Shown here in pieces: positions 1 to 11,834 of a DNA stretch of 55,841 bases. The stretch is from positions 11,948,330 to 12,004,170 of the forward strand of contig NC_057753.1 of NCBI RefSeq assembly GCF_004010195.1, read 5' to 3'. The notes below the pieces were generated by a model. That model ran no database searches and was not told where the DNA came from. It saw only the letters and a program-made list of their open reading frames with translations. Positions within the stretch are counted from its first letter, which is position 1; the number at the start of each line of letters is the position of its first letter. A program made the translations under genes and the position numbers. Source of the DNA: Chiloscyllium plagiosum. Its lineage: Eukaryota.

Positions 1-250
1 CCATGACCCACGCAGGACACTCAATGACACACACAGGACACTCAATGACCCACGCAGGACACTCAGTAACCCACACAGGACACTCAATGACCCGCACAGG
101 ACACACAGACCCACAGACACATTCCCTCACACACAAACACACTGACCCACAGACACATTCCCTCACACACAAACACACTGACCCACAGACACACTCCCTC
201 ACACACAGACACAGACCCACACAGACACGCATACACAAACTGACACACAC
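1..250. repeat. Compound minisatellite (21-bp then 36-bp units, CA-rich) downstream of ZNF-A
   Basis: TCAATGACCCACGCAGGACAC about x5, then GACCCACAGACACATTCCCTCACACACAAACACACT about x3. Confidence 0.85.
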
Positions 251-282
251 AGAAACACGATCTGCCTGTAACTCTGTCCATG

Positions 283-897
283 TCAGGTGCAGCCGAGAGG
301 TTTGCCCTGGCCGTGAGCCCGCTGGTGTTTCAGGAGGCTGGACGACTGAGTGAACTCCTCCCCGCACTCGGAGCAAGCGAGCGGCCGGTGCCCGGCGTGA
401 ACCTGCCGGTGTGCGCTGAGGTTGGCCGGGCGCCGGAACCTCTTCCCGCAGGCGGCGCAGCCGAACGGCCTCTCCTCGGTGTGCACCCGCTGGTGCGCCA
501 CCCGGGTGGACGACTGGGTGAAGCCCTTGCCGCACACGGCGCAGACGAAGGGCCGCTCGCCGGTGTGCACCCGCCGGTGCACCGACAGCTCCGAGGACTG
601 CTTGAAGCGCTTCCCGCAGGACGGGCACTGGAAGGGCCGCTCGCCGGTGTGCACCCGCCGGTGCGTGACCAGGGCCGAGGATTTGGTGAAGCCCTTCCCG
701 CAGACCGGGCACGCGAAAGGCTTCTCCCCCGTGTGACTGCGGCGGTGGATCTCCAGCTCCGAGGGGTAGTTGAACCCTTTCCCACAGTCCTCGCATTTCC
801 ACGGCTTCTCCCCGGTGTGGGCCCGCCGGTGGATTTCCAGCAGGGAGGGGTAGTTGAACCCTTTCCCGCAGTCCACGCATTTCCACGGCTTCTCCAT
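283..897 (-). CDS. Tandem C2H2 zinc-finger protein, 7 fingers, about 204 aa, no recognisable effector domain (ZNF-A)
   Basis: Seven CxxC-x12-HxxxH repeats with TGEKP/TGERP-type linkers. ATG at 897 is in strong Kozak context (GCGCCATGG) and the protein starts MEKPWKC like its paralogs. Confidence 0.9.
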   Translation of the reverse strand: MEKPWKCVDCGKGFNYPSLLEIHRRAHTGEKPWKCEDCGKGFNYPSELEIHRRSHTGEKPFACPVCGKGFTKSSALVTHRRVHTGERPFQCPSCGKRFKQSSELSVHRRVHTGERPFVCAVCGKGFTQSSTRVAHQRVHTEERPFGCAACGKRFRRPANLSAHRQVHAGHRPLACSECGEEFTQSSSLLKHQRAHGQGKPLGCT

Positions 898-1104
898 GGC
901 GCGCTCTCTCTCTCTCTCCACTCTCAGCGGTGAGAGGTCTCTTTAGGCTGTTGAACTGGTCAAAGCTCTTTCCACAGCCAGTCCATTGCTAACTCTCCCA
1001 CTTGAGTGGACGCATGTCTTGTTGCCTTCCTCGTCAACGCTGACATTTGAAAGATAAGAACGAATATTTCAGCTTCCCATCTCAAGGGTCAACAGCATTC
1101 GCGT

Positions 1105-2215
1105 CATGAGAGTCATGCAGCACGTGTACACACCCTTCGGTCAAACCTGTCCGCACTGACCGGATATCCCAAATTAATCTTGTCCCATTCGGCCCATCTC
1201 CCTCTAAACCCTTCCTGTTCATGTCCCCATCCAGATGCTTTGTCAATGCTGTCATTGTACCAGCCTCCACCCCTTCCTCTGCGTGGAAACGTTGCCCCTC
1301 AGCTCCCTTTCCCCTCTCACTTTAAACCTACGCCCCTCTATTTCTGGATTCCCCCACCCCAGGGAAAAGACCGTGTCAGTTTACCCCTATCCATGCCCCC
1401 CTCATGATTTTATAAGCCTCGATGAGGTCACCCCTCAGTCTCCAATGCTCCAGGGAAATCAGCCCCAGCCTCTCCATCTAAACCCTTCCTATTCATGTCC
1501 CCATCCAGGTGCCTTTTAAATGCTGTCATTGTACCAGCCTCCACCACTTCCTCCGGCAGCCCATTCCACACATGCACCACCCTCTGCGTGGAAAAGTTGT
1601 CCCTCGGGTCCCTTTTAAATCTTTCCCCTCTCAGTTTAAACCTCTCTCCTTGGCTAAAATGAAAAGACCTTGGCTAATCACCTTATCCACGCTCCTCATG
1701 ATTTTATAGAGTTATAGAGATGTACAGCGTGGAAACAGACCGTTCGGTCCAACTCGTCCATGCCAACTAGGTTCAGCTGCCAGCACTTGGCCTATATCCC
1801 GCTCAACCCTTCCTATTCACATCCCCATCCAGAAGCCTTTTAAATGCTGTAATTGTACCAGCCTCCACCACTTCCTCTCGCAGCTCGTTCCGTACATGCG
1901 CCACCCTCTGCCCCTTTTAAATCGTTCTCCTCTGACCTTAAACCTTTGCCCTCTAAGTTTTGGACTCCCTCTACCCTGGGGAAAACGACCTCTGCTATTC
2001 ACTCTATCCGTGCCCCTCACGGCTTTACAAACCTCTAGTCAGCCTCCGACGTTTCAGGGGAAAACAGCTCTCGACTATCCAGCCCCTCCTGAGAGCTCCA
2101 ACCCCGGCCTTGTCAATCTTTTCTGAACCCTCTCAAGTTTCGCAACATCCTTCCAGTCGCAGGGATACCAGAAATGAACGCAGTATTCCAAACGTAGCCT
2201 CACCGATATTCTTGA
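1105..2215 (-). mobile_element. Stacked CR1/HER1-type LINE 3' fragments inside the ZNF-A leader
   Basis: Repeated CR1 3'-end motifs (GTACCAGCCTCCACCACTTCC, AAACCCTTCCTATTCA, ACAGACCCTTCGGTCCAAC-like). Confidence 0.85.
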
Positions 2216-3879
2216 CAGCCGTCCTGACGATTGAAGATCTTGACGTGATGTTCCGTTTGGGTTTCTGATCCCTCAATGCTCCTCTAATCCCCTGAGAAGA
2301 GAGTTTGACAAAAGTTAGCCACATATGCACAGTATGCAAACACAGAACAGCCAATTCAAGTTTCCATGGAACATGGTTTCCATTTAGTTGATGGCCATGT
2401 GGTTAGCACTGACGCCTCACAGCACCAGTGACCCAGGTTCGATTCCACCCTAGGTCTGTGGGAAGTTTGCACATTCTTCCCCATGTCTGTGTGGGTTATT
2501 TCCCACAGCCCAAAAGTGTGCAGGTGACGATGGATTGGCCAAGCTACATTGCCCTATAGTGTCCAGGGATGTGCAGACTTCATGGATTAGACATGGGAAA
2601 TTCAAGGTGATAGGGTGGGATGTTCAGTGCAGACTCGATGGGCCGAACGGCCTGCTTCCACACCATAGGGGTTCTGTGATTGCTCCCCCAGAAACCTGGC
2701 CCCACACACTTGAATGTTAAATATTTTACAAGCCAATTTCTCAATGCTGCAACAATGTCTCCCACTTTAAGCCACTTGGAAAATAAAAAGGGATATGGAG
2801 GAAATACCCACCTACTGGTGACATTGCACTTTTAGCTCTAATAGATAGAAACAGATTGAAGGGACTATGGGCCCTTCTCTCACAGCTGCCCCTTCTCCTT
2901 AATCCCACTCCTGCTTTCTCCCCAAAACCCTTGATTTCTTTAGCCGCAAGGGCCATATCCAGCTCCCTCTTGTCTAACAAACTGGTCCCGAAAAGTTTTC
3001 CGTGGGAGAAATTTCTCCTGCTTCACATCCCCGAGAGTAAAAATTCTTCCTCACATCAGTCCTGAATGGCTTATCCCTTATTCTTCAACTGGGAAGAAGG
3101 CATTTGGTACACTTGTCTTTATTGGTTAGTGCATGGAGCATAGAAATTGGGATGTTGTAGCTGTACAGGACATTGGTTAGGCCTTGTTTGGAATACTGCA
3201 TGCAATTCTGGGGGCGAGGGTCTCCCTTCTACAGGAAGGATGGTGTGAAACTTGAAAAGGTGCAGAAAAGATTTACAATGATGTTGCCAGGGTTAGAGGG
3301 TTTGCGCTGTAGAGAGAGGCTGATAGGTGGGGGCTCTTTATCCTGGAGCGTCGGAGGCCGAGGGGTGACCTTATAGAGGCTTATTAGAGTCATGAGTGGC
3401 ACGGAGAGGGTAAATAGCTAAGGGCTTTGCCCCCCCCCCAAGAGTGGGGGAATCTAAAACTAGAGGACATAGGTTTAACGCGAGAGGGGAAAGAATTGAA
3501 AGGGACCAAAGGGGGTGCACCCAGGGGGTGGTGCGTGCATGAACTGAGCTGCCACTGGAAGTGGTGGAGGCTGGTACAATTCCAGCATCTAAAAGGCACC
3601 TGGAGTGGGGACATGAATAGGAAGGGTTTAGGGGGAGATGGGCCGAATGGGACTAGATTCTGCTGAAGGGTCAGTTTCTAAGATGCAATGAATTTCTCTT
3701 CTTGAACTGACAGTTCTTTGTGCATTTTGCACCAGCCTCTGGGTAGGCAGCACCTTCCTTCAATCCCCTCCAAACCTCCAGCCCTTAAACCCCTGGTCAT
3801 TGAGACTCCTTCCCAAATGGGAAACTATCTCACTCTCTCCCCTGCCTGCGCCCCTCAGCCTTCTCTGCTCTCAGCAGCC

Positions 3880-4790
3880 TCCTGACGTGGACCCGGGGTC
3901 AGGTACCTCGATCCCGGGTGTCCGCTGCTGGACTGAGGGGTTGCATGAGGCCTCTCTGCCCATCAGTTCCCATTCCTCTCCCTCTTCCGCCTGCGCACGG
4001 CCACCGTCGCCCGTCACAGGTCCCGCCCACCTCCTCCACCCCGATTGGTTGGAGGACCAGCCGCGCGCCCCGGCTCCTCCAGGCCCGCCCGCCCACCTCC
4101 TCCACTCCGATTGGTTGGAGGTCCCGACTCCGCGGGCTCGGTCCTCCAGCTCCGCCTATCCTATTCACTCCGATTGGTTGGAGGACCAGCCGCGCGTTCC
4201 GGCTCCTCCAGGCCCGCCCGCCCACCTCCTCCACTCCGATTGGTTGGAGGTCCCGACTCCGCGGGCTCGGTCCTCCAGCTCCGCCTATCCTATTCACTCC
4301 GATTGGTTGGAGGACCAGCCGCGCGTTCCCCCCCCCCCCCCCCGACTACTCCAAGCCCGGCCACCTCCTGCACTCCGATTGGTTGGAGTTCCCGAATCCA
4401 CAGGTTCGGTCCTCCAGCACCCGCCTATCTCATTCACTCCGATTGGTTGGAGTACCAGCCGCGCGCCCTCACATTTTGCGACCCCGCCCACCTCCTTCAC
4501 GGTGATTGGTTGGAGGACACCGCCCCCCCCCAACAAACACAAACACACTCACGCGCGCGCGCTGACACTTCCAACCCGCCCACCTCCTTCATCCTGATTG
4601 GTTGGCGGACTCCCGACACCGCAGGCGCCGTCCGCCAGCCCTTCACTCCGAATGGCTGGAGGACCACACTCCGCCCACTCGGTCCTCCAGCCCCGCCCCC
4701 CCACCACCACCGGCTGTCAATCACCCCGGCTTCTCCACCCAAGAAGGGGGCAAAAACGGTCTGCGTCATCAGTGTGCGCCAGAGAGACAC
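3880..4790. promoter_or_regulatory. CpG-rich, probably bidirectional promoter between divergent ZNF-A and ZNF-B; array of CCAAT and GC boxes
   Basis: GATTGGTTGG at about 4041, 4107, 4170, 4236, 4299, 4375, 4439, 4503 and 4595, with CCGCCC/CCGCCT boxes; 129-bp higher-order period; high CpG. Confidence 0.75.
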
Positions 4791-4950
4791 AGAGCAAAGG
4801 GGGACTGAGGCTGGGAATAGAGGAAAGCAATGGTGGGATGGGTTTGAATTTCAGTCCAGGCAGGAAGGGGGGATTGTGTGGGGCCCGGATTTGCAACCCT
4901 GGAGGAACAGGAAAGCAAAAAGAAATGGGTCCTCCAGAAAGTGTCTACTT

Positions 4951-5161
4951 GGTGACCTCCCTGACATGGTGACCTCCCTGACATTGGTGACCTCCCTGAC
5001 ATGGTGACCTCCCTGACATTGGTGACCTCCCTGACATTGGTGACCTCCTCCCTGACATTGGTGACTTCCCTGACATTGGTGACCTCCCTGACATGGTGAC
5101 CTCCCTGACATTGGTGACCTCCCTGACATTGGTGACCTCCCTGACATTGGTGACCTCCCTG
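4951..5161 (+). repeat. 17-18-bp minisatellite GGTGACCTCCCTGACAT(T) x12 abutting the predicted 3' splice site of ZNF-B
   Basis: Twelve near-identical units counted; followed by TGCAG|TGTGTTAGAAGAGAGG, which resembles the exon-2 starts of the paralogs. Confidence 0.95.
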
Positions 5162-5439
5162 TGCAGTGTGTTAGAAGAGAGGGTTTAAAAGGCGCATGAG
5201 TCCAGCCCAAACCATACACCAGCGTCTGGTTGAGGTTAATTGGGATCTGAACACCCCAGAATCTGAATGTGGAAGGAGAGACGTTTGTGGGGAAACCAGA
5301 GAAGCGCTGAGGTGCGCAGCCGAGGAGGTAGAGCTTTTACTAGTTGCGCAGCTTGGAATAACTGCCTGGGTTTGCAGTGATGAGGGAGTACCTATGTGTA
5401 CTGTGCGTGGACAACTGATTATCCAGCTGGGAGAGCAAG

Positions 5440-6651
5440 ATGGAGAAACCGTGGAAATGTGGAGACTGTGGGAAGGGCTTCAGTTACCCCTCTCAACTGG
5501 ATATTCATCGTCGCAGACACACTGGAGAGAGGCCATTCACTTGCACGCAGTGTGGGAAGAGGTTCGCTTATTCATCCAGCCTGTACTTACACCAGAGGGT
5601 ACATGCTCGCAAGAAGCCGTTTGCCAACCTTGGTGGTCGGGAACAGTTTGCTTCATCAAACCTGATGGGCCGGGTTTGTTCTGATCAGAGGCCTTTTAAA
5701 TGTTCTGACTGTGAGAAGGGCTTTAAAAGCAAACAGGAGCTGCTGAGACACCAGCGCACGCACACGGGCGTGAGACCTTACACTTGCACCATTTGTGGAA
5801 AAGGATTTGCTCAGTCATCCTACCTGCTGACACACCAGCTTGTTCACACTGATGAGAGACCTTTCCCATGTTTGGACTGTGGCAAGCATTTTAAAAGTAA
5901 AAATGACTTGCAGTTCCATCAACGCATTCACACTGGGGAGAGGCCGTTCTCCTGCTCCCTGTGCGAGAGGAGATTCCGGCGTTTATCCCAAATGCAGACG
6001 CACCAGCGAGTTCACACTGAGAAAAGACCTTTCAAATGTTCCAACTGTGACAAGAGCTTTAAAAGCAAGCAGGATCTGTTGACACACCAGCGGGTTCACA
6101 CTGGGGAGAGGCCATTCACCTGTTCTGTGTGCGGAAAGCGGTTCACCCGATCGTCCAATCGTCTGAGACACCAGCGCGTCCACACCGGGGAGAAGCCGTT
6201 CGCGTGCTGCGTGTGCGGGAAGGGGTTCACTGATTCTCCGCAGCTTCTGATCCACCAGCGCATTCACACCGGGGAGAGACCGTTCACTTGCTCTACGTGT
6301 GGGAAGGGTTTCACTCAGCCGTCCCAGCTCACTGAACATCAGCACGTCCACACTGACCAGCGGCCCTTCAAATGCCCCGACTGCAAGAAGAGCTTTAAGA
6401 GCAGGAAGTATCTGCTGATGCACCGGCAGGTTCACACTGGGGCGAGACCTTTTACCTGCCTGGTGTGTGGGAAGAGGTTCACTCAGTCGTCCCACCTGCT
6501 GAGACACCAGCAGCTTCACACTGGGGAGAGGCCGTTCACTTGCTCTCGATGCGGGAGGGGATTTGCTCGGTTATCCAACTTGCTGAGACACCAGAGAGTT
6601 CGCAAGTGTGTACTGAGAGGGGATTCTGTTGTCAGTCCTGTCCAGGATTGA
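5440..6651 (+). CDS. Tandem C2H2 zinc-finger protein, 403 aa: 12 canonical fingers, 1 variant terminal finger and 1 degenerate finger (ZNF-B)
   Basis: Uninterrupted ORF of Kruppel-type fingers starting MEKPWKC; AATAAA at 6741-6746. Confidence 0.93.
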   Translation: MEKPWKCGDCGKGFSYPSQLDIHRRRHTGERPFTCTQCGKRFAYSSSLYLHQRVHARKKPFANLGGREQFASSNLMGRVCSDQRPFKCSDCEKGFKSKQELLRHQRTHTGVRPYTCTICGKGFAQSSYLLTHQLVHTDERPFPCLDCGKHFKSKNDLQFHQRIHTGERPFSCSLCERRFRRLSQMQTHQRVHTEKRPFKCSNCDKSFKSKQDLLTHQRVHTGERPFTCSVCGKRFTRSSNRLRHQRVHTGEKPFACCVCGKGFTDSPQLLIHQRIHTGERPFTCSTCGKGFTQPSQLTEHQHVHTDQRPFKCPDCKKSFKSRKYLLMHRQVHTGARPFTCLVCGKRFTQSSHLLRHQQLHTGERPFTCSRCGRGFARLSNLLRHQRVRKCVLRGDSVVSPVQD

Positions 6652-6834
6652 CAACGCCCATTTGGACAGTTGAGCCTGCCTTAACCGCTGTAAATCTTCA
6701 TTGTAACTGGTCTGGTGCTTAACGTGCTGGGTAAAGTTCAAATAAATGTTGGGGAATCTGTTTGACCGGCCTGTGTGTGAATGAAAGGCTGCGCAGGCTT
6801 GCAGGGGGCGTTGAACAGCCTACTCCAATTTCCA

Positions 6835-7990
6835 TGCCTTAAGAACCAGAGCAGATCCCCTCAAAATATTTTAAGGTAGCCTAGACCCTAACTTTTTTTT
6901 CTTATTTTAAATGTACGTGTGAAGTGCCGTGTCCCAGCTGCAAGCCACTCGGTATTAAGCTAAACACCATTTATTTAAAGTCAAAATGCAACTAAAGGAA
7001 GAGTTTAGAATAACTTAACTATTGAAAAACTTAACAGATTAATAGATACAGTACCGATTATGCGTTAACTTCCAATATAATATGGAGGAGATTTATCAGG
7101 ATGTTGCCTGGTCTGGAGGGAAGCTCTCGTGAGGAAAGACTGAGAGACTTGGGTCTGTTCTCATTGGAAGGAAAAAGGCTAAGAGGGGATATGATCGAGA
7201 CACACAAGGTGATCAGAGGATTAGATAGGGTAGACAGTGAAAGTCTTTTTCCTAGGATGATGACGTCAGCTTGTATAAGGGGGCATAACACAAATTGAGA
7301 GGTGATAGACAGATGTCAGAGGCAGGTTCTTTACGCAGAGAGTGGTAAGGGTGTGGAATGCCCCTACCTACCAATGTAGTTAACATTTGGGAGATTTAAA
7401 CAATCCCTGGATAAGCACATGGATTATGATGGGATGGTGCAGGGGGATGAGCTTAGAATAGTTCACAGGTCGGTGCAACATCGAGGGCCGGAGGGCCTGT
7501 TCTGCGCTGTATTGTTCTATGTTCTATACCATCCCATAAACCCACCCGCTTGACAAAAAGGCGAATTCAGGCACAGATTCTCACATACGGTTCTCCAGTC
7601 CAGAAGGGAAAAATCATCCAGAGGAAACTCAGAGGGAATAGCAGCCAGGAGACATTTACTGAAGCGCCCAACTCTGTTGAGACCCCACCAGCTTCTGGTG
7701 TTACTGAGCAGCCAAAATCCAAGAATCCTGATCTGGGGGATTGGCTGTTAAACAAAACCCTCGGGCCTCCCGCTCTGCTCTGGCTCTCGTCCGCTCTGCT
7801 CCCCTCTCAGCTGCTCCACTCCGCACCCAGGCCTTCAGCCAGCTCCAGGTCTCCAGCCTGCTCCGCTCCAGGTCTTCAGACAATCCGCTCCAATCCAGGA
7901 CTCTAGCCCACTCCATTCCAGGCCTCCAGCCCGCTGCGCTGGCAATGATTAAGAAAACATAAGTTCCGTACATAATAAAAAGGGACAGCA
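6835..7990 (-). mobile_element. Probable solo-LTR-like repeat, split by a CR1 3' fragment (7082-7526, +)
   Basis: Non-coding segment ending GGGACAGCA; nested CR1 encodes MLPGLEG...LGLFSLE...RLRGDMIE and has a (TTCTA)n-like tail. Confidence 0.45.
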
Positions 7991-8330
7991 ATGTGGGGAG
8001 TTTTTACTTACACCTAAACTAGATTGGTAGTTTATTAGGGTCAGTACAGAGTGTCTCGACAAGGAGCTTGTCGAATGCACTTGACATGGTTTTCTAGAGC
8101 CACATGTTCTGGAAGCAATTGGAACGAAGGCTGAAGGAGACTTTGTGGTACAGTAGGGTTAATGGATGGTCCCAGAGTAAAGGCAGTAGTGACCAGAAGG
8201 CGGGTCAATTTTACCTCCAGTATGAAAGGTAGAAGCAAAGGCGTCAGACAAGTATTTTAAATTTAAGAAGGAGCTGAAAATGTGTTGCTGGAAAAGCGCA
8301 GCAGGTCAGGCAGCATCCAGGGAACTGGAG

Positions 8331-8367
8331 AATCGACGTTTCGGGCATGAGCCCTTCTTCAGGAATG
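8331..8367 (-). ncRNA. Minimal hammerhead ribozyme motif (family 1)
   Basis: Reverse complement CUGAAGA-A-GGGC(UCAU)GCCC-GAAA-CGUC. Confidence 0.75.
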
Positions 8368-8477
8368 AGGAGAGTGTGTCCAGCAGGCTAAGATAAAAGG
8401 TAGGGAGGAGGGACTTGGGGGGGAGGGGCGTTGGAAATGTGATAGGTGGAAGGAGGTTAAGGTGAGGGTGATAGGCC

Positions 8478-8808
8478 NNNNNNNNNNNNNNNNNNNNNNN
8501 NNNNNNNNNNNNNNNNNNNNNNNNNNNNNNNNNNNNNNNNNNNNNNNNNNNNNNNNNNNNNNNNNNNNNNNNNNNNNNNNNNNNNNNNNNNNNNNNNNNN
8601 NNNNNNNNNNNNNNNNNNNNNNNNNNNNNNNNNNNNNNNNNNNNNNNNNNNNNNNNNNNNNNNNNNNNNNNNNNNNNNNNNNNNNNNNNNNNNNNNNNNN
8701 NNNNNNNNNNNNNNNNNNNNNNNNNNNNNNNNNNNNNNNNNNNNNNNNNNNNNNNNNNNNNNNNNNNNNNNNNNNNNNNNNNNNNNNNNNNNNNNNNNNN
8801 NNNNNNNN
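8478..8808. other. Assembly gap (N run)
   Basis: 331 N. Confidence 1.
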
Positions 8809-9520
8809 GGAGGGAGTGGTCTTTTCGGAACGCTGATAGGGGAGGGGAGGGAAATATATCGCTGGTGGTGGGGTCCGTTTGGAGGTGGCGGAAATGACGG
8901 CGGATGATACGCTGTACATGGAGGTTGGTGGGGCGGTGGGTGAGGGCAAAGCTGAGTGAGTTGAAGTGAGTGGGATATTAGACTGGGAGGTGGATTGGTA
9001 AACAAGCCAATGGCAGACACTTAAACAGATATTCACTGTCGTTACACAGAATTTCCAGGGAGAGATCTCACCATCCGTGATGAACTGCTGACGTTAAGGA
9101 AGGCATTGAACTCGAGAAAACACACAAGGACAGTACTAATACACTTAACAGTAGGGCCCTGGGTAGTGCAGAACAGAGGAACCTAGGGGATCAGGGACCT
9201 AATACTTTGAAGTTTGCATCACAGGTTCACAGGGTGGTTAAGGCATTTAACACGCTTGCCTTCATTGCACAGACCTTTGAGTATCGGAGTTGGGACATGA
9301 CATTAAGGTTGTACAGGTTGTTGGTGAGGCTCTCCTGGAGTACTGTGTCCCATTCTGGCCGCTCTGTTATAGGAAGGACATTGTTAAGGGGTGGAGAGGG
9401 TTCAGAAGAGAGTTACCAGGATGTTGCTGGGTGTGGAGGGCTTGAGCTGTAGGGAGAGGCTAGATAGACTGGGGACCTTTTTTCACTGGAGCGTAGGAGG
9501 TTGAGGAGGGACCTTTTAGA

Positions 9521-9840
9521 GATTAGATTAGATTACTTACAGTGTGGAAACAGGCCCTTCGGCCAACAAGTCCACACCGCCCCGCCGAAGCGCAACCCAC
9601 CCATACCCCTACCCCTACATTTACCCCTTACCTAACACTACGGGTAATTTAGCATGGCCAATTCACCTGACCCTGCACATCTTTGGACTGTGGGAGGAAA
9701 CCGGAGCACCCGGAGGAAACCCACGCAGACACGGGGAGAACGTGCAAACTCCACACAGTCAGTCGCCTGAGGTGGGAATTGAACCCGGGTCTCTGGCGCT
9801 GTGAGGCAGCAGTGCTAACCACTGTGCCACCGTGCTGCCC
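9521..9840 (-). mobile_element. HE1-type tRNA-derived V-SINE, full length
   Basis: Pol III A box TGGCACAGTGG and B box GGTTCAATTCC, V-SINE core, (TAATC)n tail. Confidence 0.9.
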
Positions 9841-9900
9841 GATGTTTATAAAACTGAGGGGTATAGGTAAGGTGAATGGCAGGTGTCTTTTCCCTGGGGT

Positions 9901-11612
9901 GGGCATGGTGGCGCAGTGGTTAGCAACGCTGCCTCACAGCACCAGGGTGCCAGGTTCGATTCCTGTCTCAGACGACAGTCTCTGTGGCGTTTGCACATTC
10001 TCCCCCGTGTCTGCGTGGGTTTCCTCCCACAGTCCAAAGATTTCTAAGGGTGGATTGGCCATCTTAAATTACCCATAGTGCCCAGGGATGTGCAGGTTAG
10101 GGTGGATTAGCCATGCTAAATTACCCATAGTGCCCAGGGAAGTGTAGGTTAGGGTGGATTAGCCATGCTAAATTACCCATAGTGCCCAGGGATGTGCACG
10201 TTAGGGTGGATTAGCTATGCTAAATTACCCATAATGCCCAGGGATGTGTAGGTTAGGGTGGATTAGCCATGCTAAATTACCCATGGTGTCCAGGGATATA
10301 CTGGTTAGGGTGGATTGGCCGTGCTAAATTGTGCATTGTGTCTGGTTAGGGTGGATTGGCCGTGCTAAATTGTGCATTGTGTTGAGGGACGTATAGGTTA
10401 GGGTGGATTAGTCAGGGGAAATATAAAGTAACAGGGTAGACGAATGGGTTGGGAGTGGGCTTCTCTTCAGAAAGTTGGTGTGGACTGCTTGGGCTGAATG
10501 GCCTGTTCCCACACCGTTGGGATTAAAGCTCGAGGAGAAAGATTTTAAAGAAGTCAAGGGGCAACTTTCTTTTTCCACAGAGGCTAGTTCGGCTGTGGAA
10601 TGAACTTCCCACAATTTCTTATGGAATACCTACAGTATAGACACATGGCCCTCTGGCCCAACAAGTCCACGCCGACCCTCTGACGAGGGAATCCCACCCA
10701 TTCCCCTACATTTACCTCTGACTAACGCACATTCGCCCCCGGATTTTGCAAGGGTTTCCTTCCACAATCCAAAGATGTGCAGGTTAGGGTGGATTGGCCG
10801 TGCTAAATTACCCATGGAGCCCAGGGATGTGCAGGTTAGGGTGGATTAGCCGTGCTAAATTACCCATAGTGCCCAGGGATGTGTAGGTTAGGGTGGATTA
10901 GCCATGCTAAATTACCCATGGAGCCCAGGGATGTGTAGATTAGATGCCCTATAGTACGGGAACATGCCCTTCGGCCCAACAAGTCCACACCGACCCTCGG
11001 AAGAGTAACCCATCCAGACCCATTCCCATAACCCTATATTTACTCCTGACTGATGCACCGATCACTACGGGCAATTTAGCATGACCAATTCACCCAACCC
11101 TCATACGATGGCTCAGTGGTTAGCAATGCCAGGGACCCGGATTCGATTCCCGCCTTAAGCAACTGTCTGTGTGTAGTTTGCATATTCTCCCCGTGTCTGC
11201 ATGGGTTTCCTCCGGGTGCTCTGGTTTTCCCCGAAGACGTGCAGGTCAGGTGAATTGGCCATGCTAAATTGCCCGTAGTGATCGGTGCATCGGTCAGGAG
11301 TAAATATAGGTTATGGGAATGGGTCCGGATGGGTTACTCTTCCGAGGGTCGGTGTGGACTTGTTGGGCCGAAGGGCCTGTTCCCGTACTATAGGGCATCT
11401 AATCTACACGTCCCTGGGCTCCAGGGGTAATTTAGCACGACCAGTCCACCCCAATCTGCACATCTTTGGATTGTGGAAGGAAACCCTTGCAAAATCGGGG
11501 GTGGGGGGCGAATGTGCAACGTCCACACAGAATGGAATCCGAGGCTGGAATCGAATCCGGGGCCCTGGTGCTGTGAGGCTGCAGTGCTATCCGCTGAGCC
11601 ACTGTGCTGCCC
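9901..11612. mobile_element. Cluster of HE1 SINE copies with an internal 52-bp tandem amplification (10050-10410, 10790-10935) and an inverted duplication
   Basis: Unit GTGGATTAGCCATGCTAAATTACCCATAGTGCCCAGGGATGTGCAGGTTAGG repeated; inverted arms at about 10730-11096 and 11249-11515. Confidence 0.85.
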
Positions 11613-11834
11613 AAGTTCTCTGAGCTCTGCGAATTGACGGGCATGTGGATGGGAAATGTTGAGAGGCCCATGGGCCAGACACAGGCAGGCCGGACTAGTT
11701 TAGTTTGGTCAGCACGGACGAGTTGGACTGAAGGGCCTGGTTCCATTCTGTGTGACTCTGTAATTCCTCCTTTGTTCTGTTTTGCAGAGGGCAGACAGAG
11801 ACTATTTGAGCTCAGTTATTGCTGATTTACCATT

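Larger units (their letters stand above)
8270..8940 (-). mobile_element. Penelope-like retroelement fragment with 3' hammerhead motif, spanning the assembly gap
   Basis: Minus strand matches the PLE at 50.5-51.6 kb (PTTxDIFPSPPLSAFRKD-like); hammerhead motif at 8331-8367. Confidence 0.75.

Noticed and set aside
3..353. His/Thr-rich 116-aa ORF
   Set aside because: Translation of a CA-rich minisatellite.
280..933. Antisense and alternate-frame ORFs over the ZNF genes (also 5983-6519 and 45093-45706)
   Set aside because: Shadow ORFs typical of GC-rich C2H2 repeats.
4020..5161. CRISPR-like repeat-spacer array
   Set aside because: Vertebrate context with no cas genes; the apparent spacers are themselves duplicated or absent. 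These are a promoter repeat and a minisatellite.
3800..5219. Long ORFs of 120-320 aa across the CCAAT array and minisatellite
   Set aside because: Products of GC-rich tandem repeats that are open in several frames, with no domain signal.
8359..9036. ORFs spanning the N run
   Set aside because: Artefacts of the assembly gap; the flanks are PLE remnants.
10090..10410. Interstitial telomeric repeats (TTAGGG)
   Set aside because: Single hexamers within a 52-bp SINE-derived unit, not a tandem array.
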